Shown in pieces: positions 51,329-64,000 of a stretch of DNA of 64,000 bases (positions are counted from its first letter, which is position 1; every line of letters begins with the position of its first letter). The stretch spans positions 62,001 to 126,000 of the forward strand of contig NW_027590699.1 of NCBI RefSeq assembly GCF_964213995.1, read 5' to 3'. The translations under genes and the position numbers were made by a program. The notes under the pieces were generated by a model. It had not been told where the DNA came from. It was given only the letters and a program-made list of their open reading frames with translations, and searched no databases. The stretch is from Mustelus asterias. Taxonomy: Eukaryota.

Positions 51329-52169
51329 GGTGCTGGTGCCCTTGTGTTTCTCCAGGTTGGATGATCAGTTGAAACCTCGTCCACACACACAACATACATG
51401 TAGTTTCACCCTGCTGTGAATTGTGTGATGTTCTTTCAGACTGTTAAAGATCTTTCCTCAGTCAGTTCACTGGAACACTCTCAATCGGGTGTGTGTTTGT
51501 TTCACTGCTTTTACGGTCACACTGATGTTTAAAATCTTTGCCGACAGACAGAAGAGTCAAACATTTCTCCTCCCATATTCAAAGACCAATGATATTCAGC
51601 TCCGAATGAACAAAATGACTTTGCGAGTCATGATGTTCGGTTTGAGTTTTCTGTCTGCCAATCCTCCACTTCCAATATCCTGTAAAAAAAATTTGGAAAA
51701 GTCATCAGCGTCAGTCCGGGATAGAAATTCTGAACAGACAATTCTAGTTTCTCTGGGACATTTTTTCCTCTCTTGTTCCCCCAAATCTGTAAATCCCTGT
51801 CCCACACACTCTCCCTCCTCCCTGGGCTGAAATCCAAACCCATCTCAATGGGTGAGGGTGTGACGTCACAATGGAATGGGTGAGGGTTCCAGATGAGCTG
51901 AGACAGGGCTGGAGTCGGGCGATGGCACTGACATGTGGCCCGGTGGCACAGTGGTTAGTGCAGCTGCCTAACAGCGCCAGGGACCCGGGTTCAATTCCAG
52001 CCTCGGGTCGCTGTGAGGAATTTGCACATTCTCCCTGTGTCTGTGTGGGTTTTCTCCAGGTGCTCCGGTTTCCTCCCACAGTCTAAAGATCTGCAGGTTA
52101 GACGGATTGGCCATGATAAATTAAATTAACCCTTGGCATCAGCAGGATTGTATTCTGTAACTTGATTTT

Positions 52170-52984
52170 AGAACATAGAGAACATAGAAAAACAATGGAA
52201 TACATAGACATAGAACAGTACAGCACAGAACAGGCCCTTCGGCCCACGATGTTGTGCCGAGCTTTATCTGAAACCAAGATCAAGCTATCCCACTCCCTAT
52301 CATCCTGGTGTGCTCCATGTGTCTATCCAATAACCGCTTAAATGTTCCTAAAGTGTCTGACTCCACTATCACTGCAGGCAGTCCATTCCACACCACAACC
52401 ACTCTCTGCGTAAAGAACCTACCTCTGATATCCTTCCTATATCTCCCACCACGAACCCTATAGTTATGCCCCCTTGTAATAGCTCCATCCACCCGAGGAA
52501 ATAGTCTTTGAACGTTCACTCTATCTATCCCCTTCATCATTTTATAAACCTCTATTAAGTCCCCCCTCAGCCTCCTCCGCTCCAGAGAGAACAGCCCCAC
52601 CTCCCTCAACCTTTCCTCATAAGACCTACCCTCCAAACCAGGCAGCATCCTGGTAAATCTCCTCTGCACTCTTTCCAGCGCTTCCACATCCTTCTTATAG
52701 TGAGCTGACCAGAACTGCACACAATATTCCAAATGTGGTCTCACCAAGGTTCTGTACAGTTGCAGCATAACCCTACGGCTCTTAAACTCCAACCCCCTGT
52801 TAATAAAAGCTAACACACTATCGGCCTTCTTCACAGCTCTATCCACTTGAGTGGCAACCTTTAGAGATCTGTGGATATGGACCCCAAGATCTCTCTGTTC
52901 CTCCACAGTCTTCAGAACCCTACCTTTGACCCTGTAATCCACATTTAAATTAGTCCTACCAAAATGAATCACCTCACAATTATC
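52170..52984 (-). mobile_element. CR1 LINE 3' ~0.8 kb
   Basis: ORF 52280..53011 (NCEVIHFG...RVVVVWNGLP) and a TAGAACA-type tail. Confidence 0.92.
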
Positions 52985-53196
52985 ATGGAATGGGTGAGGG
53001 TGTGACGTCACAATGGAATGGGTGAGGGTGTGACGTCACAATGGAATGGGTGAGGGTGTGACGTCACAATGGAATGGGTGAGGGTGTGACGTCACAATGG
53101 AATGGGTGAGGGTGTGACGTCACAATGGAATGGGTGAGGGTGTGACGTCACAATGGAATGGGTGTGGGTGTGACGTCAGAATGGAATGGGTGAGGG
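52985..53196. repeat. 28-bp CRE minisatellite, 7 perfect TGACGTCA
   Basis: TGACGTCA at 53003, 53031, 53059, 53087, 53115, 53143 and 53171. Confidence 0.93.
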
Positions 53197-53244
53197 TTCC
53201 AGATGAGCTGAGACTGGGCTGGAGTCGGGCGATGGCACTGACAT

Positions 53245-53545
53245 GTGGCCCGGTGGCACAGTGGTTAGTGCAGCTGCTTAACAGCACCAGGGACCCGGGT
53301 TCAATTCCAGCCTCGGGTCGCTGTCTGTGCAGAGTTTCTACATTCTCCCCGTGTCTGTGTGGGTTTCCTCCGGGTGTTCCGGTTTCCTTCCACAGTCCAA
53401 AGATGTGCTGGTTAGACGGATTGGCCATCATAAATTGCCACTTGGTATCAGGGGGATTAACAGGTAAATATGTGGATAAGGCCTGGATGGGATTGTTGTC
53501 GGTGCAGGCTCGATGGGCTGAATGGCCTCCTTCTACACTGTATTT
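53245..53545 (+). mobile_element. HE1-like SINE (partial direct copy at ~51935-52120)
   Basis: GGTGGCACAGTGGTTAG head, V-domain and GGCTGAATGGCCTCC tail. Confidence 0.85.
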
Positions 53546-53957
53546 TATTATTCATTCTTATAAATTAATTACTTCTTTGAATGAAGGTGGTCTTGATGAT
53601 GATGTGGACGTGGCTGGAAGCTCATCTTGGGATGAACTATTTCACCCTGGTTGTGAACAGCCTGGTTCAGCCTCAGACAGTTGCCAGGAGGAGAGATAAA
53701 GTTGGCGAGGGAGTGGAGTTTGTAGTGGGGACTGAACACAATGGGTTCAGTCTTCCCAGTATTTATATGAAATAAATTTCTGTTCTTTCAGTACTGGATG
53801 TCAGACAAGTCCGGATGGTGTGTGGGTTGGAGAGGAACTTGGAGCTGATGCTGTTCACAGGGTTTGGAAATTCTGTCAAAGTTCCTGTTGAGTTGTAGAT
53901 GTATAAAATCTCTCTCCTCACTTCCGGCCTCCTACTTCCCTCTGTTTCCACTCAGAG

Positions 53958-54340
53958 TGTGGAGATGCCGGCGTTGAACTGGGGTAAGCACAGAAAGAAG
54001 TCTCACAACACCAGGTTAAAGTCCAACAGGTTTATTTGGTAGCACAAGCCTTTCGGAGCGCTGCTCCTTCATCAGGTGAGTGGGAGTTCTGTTCACAAAC
54101 AGGGCACAAAGACACAAACTCAATTTACAAGATAATGGTTGGAATGCGAGTCTTTACAGGAAATCAAATCTTAAAGGTACAGACAATGTGAGTGGAGAGA
54201 GGGTTAAGCACAGGTTAAATAGATGTGTATTGTCTCCAGCCAGGACAGTTAGTGAGATTTTGCAAGCCCAGGCAAGTCGTGGGGGTTACAGATCGTGTGA
54301 CATGAACCCAAGATCCCAGTTGAGGCCGTCCTCATGTGTG
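53958..54340 (-). mobile_element. PLE 3' end (mirror of 12819-13205); hammerhead has a deletion after GAAAG
   Basis: The minus strand reads CACCTGATGAAGGAGCAGCGCTCCGAAAGGCTTGTG. Confidence 0.75.
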
Positions 54341-54589
54341 ATTGACAGATCCATGCTCACTGCTTCCTGCCCTGGACGCAGAGTGCTGAAACTTTCCATG
54401 CAGGCGGCCAGACAGATAAATGTCTACATTACTGGAGTAAAAATGTGTGGAATATACAGACCGAATTCACTTCATTCCCTTCAGTTGCTGCAAGTCCCCA
54501 ATTTCCCCCAGAATGAGAAAAGAAATGGAAAGGGGGAAACATTGATTTCCTCCCAGATGTTGTCCAGAGGAGGAAGTTTCACGCTGAAG

Positions 54590-54990
54590 CTCATTGGACC
54601 ACATCCACATTGTGACGTCACAATAGAGCCCTGCCTGAATCAGCCAATAGGAGTCACTCTGCTCCGCGGTGATGTCTCCGGGTTCCAGTGCGCAGGCCCG
54701 GGCGCGCGGACCCGGGAGCCCCGCCCCCACCCATTGTTCCCCCTCCCCTTACACCTCCTTGAGTCAAGGTTTCCAGGCAACCGGCTGATGGCTCCGGCCA
54801 GAACGAGAAGCTGCTCGGTGATCTCCCCCTCCCCCTGGCCCGGGACTGCGCATGTGCGGGGGAGAGGGAAAGCTGCGCATGTGCGGGGGAGAACCCACCC
54901 TCTGATCGTCATGCTGAGGTGTTGACCAATGGGAAGAGTTGGAGGACCGGAAGGATTCTGGTCTTCCGGCCAATCTGAGCGCAGGCTTTG
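54590..54990. promoter_or_regulatory. CpG-rich promoter-like cassette (mirror of 12170-12570)
   Basis: ATTGTGACGTCACAAT, several CCAAT boxes, CCCCGCCCCC, TGCGCATGTGCG x2. Confidence 0.6.
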
Positions 54991-55719
54991 TGTGAATGAA
55001 GATTGATCTTCAGACTGACTGAAACTTCCTCCTGTCGCTAATATCTGTGAGTAACACACTTTCTTTTCTCCCCCTTTCCATTTCTTTTCTCATTCTGGGG
55101 GAAATTGGGGACTTGCAGCATCTGAAGGGAAAGGAAGTGAATCCAGGGAGGGTGCAGACTCTGGAAAGGTTGGCCCAGGTCTCTCTCTCTCTCTCTTAAA
55201 CCAGAAAATGATCCATTTCTGCCCACTGTTTGCTGTTTGCCAATCTTCTATCCACGCCAATATGTCATCCCCGCAGCATGAATTTTTATTTGCTGCAATA
55301 ACCTTTGATGTGGCACCTCATCAAATGTCTTCTGGAAATCTAAGTACAGCGCATCCACTGGTTTCCCTTTATCCAATTCCCGATGGGGAATTTTAGAAAA
55401 TTGACCGACACATCAACTATCTCACTCTGTTAAGACCCGAGAATGAAGCCCAGCAGGACCCGAGGACTCATCAGCCCACAGCTCCAACAGTTTGCTGAGG
55501 ACCACTTCCCTGGGAATTGTGCTTTTTCAGAGTTCATCCCACACTTCTGTTTTCTGATTTCCAGTTGTTTCTGAGTTTTAACTGTATCCTCTATTGTGAA
55601 CACCGAGGCAAAATACTTGTTCAATTCATCTCCCAGCTCCTTATTTTTCATTATCAATTCCTGGACTCACTTTCTATTAAACAGTTAAGAAATGAGGTAG
55701 AGCAAGTGACTGAAGTGTC

Positions 55720-57460
55720 AGTCGGGGAGCACTATTGGGAGCACCAATAGTTTCAAAATAGTTCTGGAAAAAGATAAGACAGGTCCACAGATCAAGGCCC
55801 TAAACTGGAGCAGGGCCACTTTTGTGGGCATTAGGCAGGATCTAGCAGATGTCGATTAGGTGAGTTTGTTTGAAGGGAAAGGAATGACTGGCAAATGGGA
55901 GGTTTTAACAGTGTGATAAAGAGTCCAGGGGCAGTATATTCCTGTCAGGATGAAGGGAAAGAATGGTAAATTTAGGGATCCCTGGCTGACAAGGGACATT
56001 GAGGCTCTGGTCAGGTAAAAGAAGGAAGCAGACATTGGGTTTAGACAATCGGGGACAAGTGAATCACTCGATGTCTCTTAAAAGTGTAAGAGAATACTTA
56101 AGAGGGTATGATATGGATCTGGCAGGTAAAGTTAAAGAAAATTTAACTTTAACACAGTCCAAAGATGTGTGGGTTAGGTTGATTGGCCATGCTAAAATTG
56201 CCCCTTAGTGTCCTGAGATGCGTAGGTTAGAGGAATTAGCGGGTAAATATGTCGGGATATGGGGGTAGGGCCTGGGTGGGATTGTGGTCGGTGCAGATTC
56301 GATGGGCCAAATGGCCTCTTTCTGCACTGTATGGATTCTATGAAAATCCCAAGAGGTTCTATCGCGATATTAAGAGTAAAAGGGTGGCTAGAGAGAGAGA
56401 GAATAGGTCCCCTTAAAAATCAGCATGGCTATCTGAGGATGGAGTCACAGGAGATGGGTGCGATTTTTAATGAATATTTCTCCTTGGTGTTTCCTGAGGA
56501 GAACATGATGGATGCTGAAGAAATAAGAGAAAGAAGCTGTGATGTCTTGGACCACATGCATATTACTCGGGAGGAGGTATCTGCAGCCTTAAAGTGCATT
56601 AAGGTGGATAAATCCCCTGGGTCTGATCAATTATATCTTCAGATCTTGTGGGAGGCTCAGGAAGGAATTACAGAGCCCCTTGCAGAGATATTTGTTTCAT
56701 CTCTTTCTCCTGGTGAAGTTCTGGAAGAATAGAACATGTTAATGTTGTTCTGTTGTTTAAGAAGCGTAGCAAAGAGAAGCCTGAGGATTATAGGCCGGTA
56801 GTCTGACATCAGTGGTGGGTAAGTTACTGGAGGGGATTGTGAAGGACAGAATCTACCAACATTTGGATTCTGACGGTGTGATTAGGGATAGTCAGCACCG
56901 CTTTGTGCACGGGAAGTCATGTCTGACAAATCTTTTATTGTTTTCCGAAGAGGTAATCCAGAGGATGGATGAGCAGGGCCACTTTTGTGGGCATTAGGCA
57001 GGATCGAGCAGATGTTGATTAGGTGAGTTTGTTTGAAGGGAAAGGAATGACTGGCAAATGGAAGGTTTTAAAAGTGTGATATCAAGAATCCAGGGCAGTA
57101 TATTCCTGTTAAGATGCAGGGAAAGAATGGTAAATTTAGGGATCTCTGGCAGACAAGGGACATTGAGGCTCTGGTCAGGTAAAAGAAGGAAGCATTCATT
57201 GGGTTTAAAGATTAAAGAAAATTCCAAGAGGTTCTATAGCTATATTAAGAGTAAAAGGGTGGCTAGAGAGAGAATAGATCCCCTTAAAAATCAGTATGGC
57301 CATCTGTGTGTGGAGCCACAGGAGATGGGTGAGATTTTTAATGAATACTTCTCCTCTGTGTTTACTGCGGAGAGCACCATGGGTTCGAAAGAAATAAGGG
57401 AAACAAGTGGTGATGTCTTGGGCACACGCATGTTACTTGGGAGGAGGTATCTGCAGCCTT
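55720..57460 (+). mobile_element. Old CR1 fragments with an internal direct duplication (~55808-56045 and ~56971-57207) and a SINE 3' part (~56150-56345)
   Basis: GAGCAGGGCCACTTTTGTGGGCATTAGGCAGG occurs twice, and ORFs 56259.., 56812.. and 57058.. give CR1 peptides. Confidence 0.75.
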
Positions 57461-58132
57461 ATAAAAGCAAATTACTGCGGATGCTGGAATCTGAAACCAA
57501 GAGAGAAAATGCTGGAAAATCTCAGCAGGTCTGGCAGCATCTGTAAGGAGAGAAAAGAGCTGATGTTTCTTGTCTCGATGACCCTTTGTCAAAGCTCTGA
57601 AACATCAGTTCTTTTCTCTCCATACAGATGCTGCCAGACCTGCTGAGAATGGGGAGAGAGTGTGTGGGATGGAGATTGACAGCTTTTGGGGAATGAGAGA
57701 GGAAAGAATGTTCCATAGAAATTGTCTGTTCTGAATTTCTATCCTGTACTGACACTGATGACTTTTGTAAACTCATTTTACAGGATATTGAAAGAGGAAT
57801 CACAGGCTGAAATCTCAAACGTCACGTCTAGATCTGACAGTCATATTCCTTGGGAGCTGAATATCATCGGACTTTGAATCTAGAAGGAGAAATGATTGTC
57901 CGGTCTGTTGATTTGAAAAGATTTCAAACATCAGTGTGACTGGAAAAGCAGCAACACACTGCCACACTCGAGTGAGTGTGTTCCAGTGCACTGACTAAAG
58001 AGCTTTAACCAGTTACACAGTCTGAATAAACATCACAACATTCACAGCGGGGAGAGACTGTACTCGTGTTCTGTGTGTGGACAAAGTTTCAACTAATTGT
58101 CCACCCAAGAGAGCGGCAAGGACACCTGCACC

Positions 58133-58723
58133 ATGGAGAAACCATGGAAGTGTGCGGACTGTGGGAAAAGATACGGATACCCATCTGAGCTCGAAGCGCA
58201 TTGGCGCAGCCATACGGGGGAGAGGCCGTTCACCTGCTCTCAGTGTGGGGAGGGATTCAGTGATTCATCCGGCCAGCAAAGACACCAGCGAGTTCACACT
58301 GGGGAGAGACCGTTCACCTGCTCTCAGTGTGGGCAGGGATTCACTCAGTCATCCAACCTGCGGACTCACCAGCGAGTTCACACTGGGGACAGACCATTCA
58401 CTTGTTCTCAGTGTGGGAAGGGATTCAGTAATTCATCAGGCCTGCGAAGACACCAGCGAGTTCACACTGGGGAGAGACCATTTACCTGCTCTCAGTGTGG
58501 GAATGGATTCACTCAGTTATCCAGTCTGCGGACACACGAGCGAGTTCACACTGGGGAGAAACCATTTATGTGCTCTCAGTGTGGGAAGGGATTCACTGAC
58601 CTCTCAAACCTCTGCACACACCAGCGAGTTCACACTGGGGAGAGGCCATTCACCTGCTCTGTGTGTGGGAAGAGATTCAGAGTTTCATCCCACCTGCTGA
58701 GACACCAACAAGTTCACGAGTGA
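58133..58723 (+). CDS. C2H2 zinc-finger protein, 7 fingers (ZNF-A paralog 3)
   Basis: ACCATGGAGAAACC start and 7 intact fingers. Positional mirror of 9415-10089. Confidence 0.85.
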   Translation: MEKPWKCADCGKRYGYPSELEAHWRSHTGERPFTCSQCGEGFSDSSGQQRHQRVHTGERPFTCSQCGQGFTQSSNLRTHQRVHTGDRPFTCSQCGKGFSNSSGLRRHQRVHTGERPFTCSQCGNGFTQLSSLRTHERVHTGEKPFMCSQCGKGFTDLSNLCTHQRVHTGERPFTCSVCGKRFRVSSHLLRHQQVHE

Positions 58724-58961
58724 TTCCAGAGGTTGGATTCTGCTGTTACTGTTTCTGCTCTCAATTACACCCAGGACTGCATTTTGTTCATTCTCACAGT
58801 TGGTCAATGGGGAGGGTCGGAGGGTTTCTTTCTGTTGGACTGGTCGGTCTCACAACTTTGCCTCCAGTGGGCTGATGCTCCTTGAGTCTTGTTGCGAATA
58901 CCTGGTTTCAAATTTCACACAGATCACAGAGTGACAGGGTGTGAGGAAGTTCAGAGATATT

Positions 58962-61900
58962 TAGAACATAGAACATAGAACATTACAGCGCAGAACAGGC
59001 CCTTCGGCCCACGATGTTGCACCGACCAGTTAAAAAAAAAAAAAACTGTGACCCTCCAACCTAAACCAATTTCTTTTCGTCCATGAACCTATCTACGGAT
59101 CTCTTAAACGCCCCCAAACTAGGCGCATTTACTACTGATGCTGGCAGGGCATTCCAATCCCTCACCACCCTCTGGGTAAAGAACCTACCCCTGACATCGG
59201 TTCTATAACTACCCCCCCTCAATTTAAAGCCATGCCCCCTCGTGCTGGATTTCTCCATCAGAGGAAAAAGGCTATCACTATCCACCCTATCTAAACCTCT
59301 AATCATCTTATATGTTTCAATAAGATCCCCTCTTAGCCGCCGCCTTTCCAGCGAAAACAATCCCAAATCCCTCAGCCTCTCCTCATAGGATCTCCCCTCC
59401 ATACCAGGCAACATCCTGGTAAACCTCCTCTGCACCCTCTCCAAAGCCTCCACATCCTTCCTGTAATGTGGGGACCAGAACTGCACACAGTACTCCAAGT
59501 GCGGCCGCACCAGAGTTGTGTACAGTTGCAACATAACGCTACGACTCCTAAATTCAATCCCCCTACCAATAAACGCCAAGACACCATATGCCTTCTTAAC
59601 AACCTTATCTACTTGATTCCCAACTTTCAGGGATCTATGCACACATACACCTAGATCCCTCTGCTCCTCCACACTATTCAAAGTCCTCCCGTTAGCCCTA
59701 TACTCAACACATCTGTTATTCCTACCAAAGTGAATTACCTCACACTTCTCCGCATTAAACTCCATCCGCCACCTCTCGGCCCAACTTTGCAACCTGTCTA
59801 AGTCTTCCTGCAAACTACGACACCCTTCCTCACTGTCTACCACACCACCGACTTTGGTGTCATCAGCAAATTTGCTAATCCACCCAACTATACCCTCATC
59901 CAGATCATTAATAAATATTACAAACAGCAGTGGCCCCAAAACAGATCCCTGAGGTACACCACTTGTAACCGCACTCCATGATGAATATTTACTATCAACC
60001 ACCACCCTCTGTTTCCTATCCGCTAGCCAATTCCTGATCCAATTTCCTAGATCACCCCCAATCCCATACATCTGCATTTTCTGCAGAAGCCTACCATGGT
60101 GAACCTTATCAAACGCCTTACTAAAATCCATATATACCACGTCCACTGCCTTGCCCCCATCCACCTCCTTGGTCACTTTCTCAAAAAACTCAATAAGGTT
60201 AGTAAGGCACGACCTACCTGCCACAAAACCATGCTGACTATCACCTATCAATTCATTACTCTCCAAATAACTATAAATCCTATCCCTTATAATTTTTTCC
60301 AACATCTTGCCGACAACAGAAGTGAGACTCACCGGTCTATAATTCCCGGGGAAGTCTCTGTTCCCCTTCTTAAACAATGGGACAACATTCGCTAACCTCC
60401 AATCTTCTGGTACTATACCAGAGGCCAACGACGACCTGAAGATCAGAGCCAGAGGCTCTGCAATCACTTCTCTTGCCTCCCAGAGAATCCTTGGATAAAT
60501 CCCATCCGGACCAGGGGATTTATCTATTTTCAGACCCTCCAGAATATCCTGCACATCCTCCTTATCAACTGTAATACTGTCTATTCTACTCCCTTGCAAC
60601 CCAGTGTCCTCCTCAGCTATATTCATGTCCCCTTGCGTGAACACCGAAGAGAAATATTGGTTCAATGCTTCACCAATCTCCTCCGGTTCCACACATAACT
60701 TCCCTCTGCCATCTATAACTGGCCCTAAACTTGCCCTAACCAACCTTCTGTTCTTGACATACCTATAGAACGCCTTAGGATTCACTTTAACCCTATCCGC
60801 CAAAGTCTTCTCATGTCCCCTTTTAGCCCTTCTAAGCTCGCTCTTCAACTCCCTCTTAGCCAATCTAAAGCTTTCTAGTGCACTACCCGAGTGCTCACGT
60901 CTCATCCGAACATAAGCCTCCTTTTTCTTTTTAACCAACAAAGAAACTTTTTTGGTGCACCACGGTTCCCTAGCCCTACCAATTCCTCCTTGCCTGACAG
61001 GGACATACCTATCACAGACTCGCAGTAGCTGCTCCTTGAAAAAACTCCACATGTCGGACGTTCCCAGTCCCTGTAATCTCCTAGTCCAACCTATGTTTCC
61101 TAATTCTCTCCTAATAGCCTCATAATTACCCTTCCCCCAGCTAAAACCACTGGCCCGAGGTTCATGCCTATCCCTTTCCATCACTAAGGTGAACGTAACC
61201 GAATTGTGGTCACTATCACCAAAATGCACACCAACTTCCAAGTCTAGCACCTGGTCTGGCTCATTTCCCAGCACCAGATCCAATATAGCCTCACCTCTAG
61301 TTGGCCTGTCTACATACTGAGTCAAAAAACCTTCCTGCACGCTTTGAACAAAAACTGACCCCTCTAACGAGCTAGAGCTATAACAATTCCAGTCAATATT
61401 AGTCAAGTTAAAATCCCCCATAACAATTGCCCTATTACTTTCACTCCTAAGCAGGATTGACTCCGCAATCCTTTCCTCAACCTCTCTAGAACTTTTAGGA
61501 GGTCTATAAAAGACTCCCAACAGGGTGACCTCTCCTCTCCTATTTCTAATCTCCGCCCATACTACCTCAACAGATAAGTCCTCATCAAACCTCCTCTCTG
61601 ACACTGTGATACAATCTCTGACCAATAATGCTACCCCTCCCCCTCTTCTACCTCCTTCCCTACTTCGACTAAAACATTTGAACCCCGGGACCTGCAGCAT
61701 CCATTCCTGCCCCTGCTCTATCCATGTCTCTGAAATAGCCACAACATCGAAGTCCCAGGTACTGATCCACGCTGCAAGTTCACCCACTTTATTGCGAATA
61801 CTCCTGGCATTGAAGTATACACATTTCAAACCCTGCTCCACCCCACCTCTGCAATGCCGTGCATTGCAGTCCCCATCCATGCATCCCTCACTTTCAGCCC

Positions 61901-62047
61901 CACTACTCAGGATCCCTCCCCCCCCCCGAATCAGTTTAAACCTCCCTGCATGGCCTTAGCAAATTTACCCCCCAGGATATTGGTCCCCTTCTGATTAAGG
62001 TGTAGACCATCCTTCTCATAGAGGTCACACCTTCCCCAGTACGAGCC
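58962..62047 (-). mobile_element. Near full-length young CR1 LINE: ORF1 C-terminus plus intact ORF2 (APE endonuclease and RT, 59061-61880)
   Basis: The 939-aa ORF has NARS, SETW, YRPP, GDFN, SDH and RT motifs. The ORF1 end DGLHLN..GLN* is at 61933-62047. It has a (TTCTATG)n tail and flanking TTTAG at 58960 and 62048. Confidence 0.97.
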
Positions 62048-63679
62048 TTTAGGCAGCATTTCTGTTTGAAACCCCCCAAACGCCCATCCAATTTCCTTTG
62101 TAATTGTTTATTGTCTCCACTTCCTCCACCCTCGTAGGCAGCGAGTTCCAGGTCATTACCATTCGCTGCATCAAAATATTCTTCCTCACATCACCCCCCC
62201 CCCCTCAACTGCATCTCTGATCCAAAACCTTAAATCTGTCTCCCCCTCATCCTTGTCCCATCAGCTAATGGGAACAGCTTTTCTTTGTCCACCTTATCTA
62301 AACCTGTCAGAATCTTGTCACCTCTATCAAATCTCCCCTCAACCTCCTTTGCTCCAAGGGGAACAACCCCAGCCTGACATTGACAATAAAGAACAAACTA
62401 ACAGAATATGTTACTACCTGAAATCAAATGGGAATGTTTAATTTCTGTTTTAAAGATATTGTGAATATATTGTCCTGGACAATAAAGAAATTGGAATAAC
62501 TCATCTTGGGTGTGGTTGAATGGAATATATCAATCTGGTATCCATCTACATTCTCCCTCTCTAACAGCACTGTGGGTGTACTTACACCTCAGGCATTGAA
62601 GCAGTTCAGGAAGGCAGTGTTGGGGTTGACCACGGCCGAGGCAGCTACATACAGCCACATATTCTGTTATAATTGAAGGACAGCAGATTGAATGTGAGGC
62701 ATAATGGGACTGGACTATCTTGACCACATTCCTGTAACTTCTCAGTTTCTGCAATCATGGACCATTAAAGCTGCTTAGCAGGGTCCCAACAGAGGACCTG
62801 GTGAGAATATTGACTCAGAATGAGTTCAAATTAAACTTATTCCAGGACCGGCTGGTGTTCAGCGGCTGAGAGACCTGAATCTGTAAAAAAGGGGTCCGAC
62901 CAATCAACAAACAGTGGTAGGTAGTTGGTTAAGAAGTTAAAAAGCGTTCTGAGGCATTGCTTAACCTATCGTCAATTTGTGATAAGAACTGTGAGGGACT
63001 TGTGACCCGATATTTGGTGAAGTGATGGTATTCTCCAAGTAGCACTGGTCTGAAAAGCAGATCTCTGAGAGTAGATTCTAACAGTTATAATCCTATCCAC
63101 GCATGGCCAGTGAAAAACCAGAGCTCGAGTGGGGACCGGACAGGTCTCTTACCTGCCATTTGGAAACTAAGAACAAGAAGCTTATCGATAAAATGATTAG
63201 AGAATAGAAACAACGTTTCGATTCTGGATGACACTTTGTAAGAAGCTCATCCAGACTCAAAACATTGGCTCTATTCTCTCTCCAAAGATGCTGTCAGACC
63301 TGCTGAGATCTTCCAGCATTTTCTGTTTTCGTTTCAGATTCCAGCATCCGCAGTATTTTACTTTTATGATAATTTGATTAGTTCTGATTGGAATCCCCAC
63401 GACCCTCCCGCAAAACAGAGGGAGTGGTGGCAAAGGGAGAAAAAATAAGGATGATAAAGTCTGGGTTCTGATTCTCGAGCCCATGTAGAATTAACAAAAT
63501 GAGTGAACCAGTTTATAAAGAACAGAAGTTAATCATCCCTCACAATAACTGATCAAATTAAAATAATTAGGTTGATGAATAGAACAAAAAAATTAATGGA
63601 TGCAGTTTAACATCAAGTTTGTTTTGTTCTTAGGGAAGTTTTTTAAACTTGTAAGAAGGGACTCGCATACTGTTAAAGG

Positions 63680-64000
63680 TTTAGACGGGGTAGAGTTTGT
63701 AAAATGTGTTCAGGAGAATTTTCTGCATCAGTATATAGAGGTGCCAACTAGAGAGGATGCGATATTGGATCTCCTATTGGGAAATGAGTTAGGGCAGGTG
63801 ATGGATGTGAGTGTGAGGGAACACTTTGGATCCAGTGATCATAATGCCATTAGTTTCAACCTGATCGTGGATAAGGATAGATCTGGTCCTCGGGTTGAAG
63901 CTCTGAACTGGAAAAAGGCCAAATTTGATAAATGAGAAGGGATCTGGGAAGTGTGGATTGGCACAGGCTGTTCTCTGGTAAGGATGTAAATGGAAAGTGG
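63680..64000 (+). mobile_element. CR1 LINE fragment (end of APE domain), running off the window
   Basis: FVKCVQENFL...PTREDAILDLLLGN...SSDHN. Confidence 0.85.

Larger units (their letters stand above)
42640..62735 (-). repeat. Right arm of the large inverted segmental duplication
   Basis: Reverse-complement homology to 7375-21675, longer because of arm-specific insertions. Confidence 0.93.

Overview
Vertebrate (non-prokaryotic) genomic DNA, almost certainly a shark/elasmobranch: it carries HE1-type V-SINEs and many CR1/HER1-type LINEs. The window is a cluster of C2H2 zinc-finger genes with no recognisable effector domain. Five arrays are intact (9415-10089, 25494-26252, 35647-36447, 40919-41620, 58133-58723) and three are disrupted (15169-16315, 33580-34509, 50007-51328). 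The cluster sits in a large diverged inverted duplication (arms ~7.4-21.7 kb and ~42.6-62.7 kb), which supplies empty-site controls for later insertions. Also present: an intronless RPS11 retrocopy, a CR1 with an intact 939-aa ORF2, Tx1- and RTE-clade LINE fragments, Penelope-like elements (PLEs), several minisatellites and repeated CpG-island promoter cassettes. Most notable: (1) a ~310-bp retroposed element with a U2 snRNA-derived head, A-tail and target-site duplication (TSD), a candidate shark 'SINEU'; (2) minimal hammerhead-ribozyme motifs with covarying stems in the PLE ends; (3) ZNF arrays with homogenised backbones but hypervariable recognition helices, which restart at a TGEKP-to-TMEKP linker behind dead fingers; (4) a CRE-multimer minisatellite next to a ZNF promoter. 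All calls were made by eye, with no alignment or database search, and boundaries are approximate.
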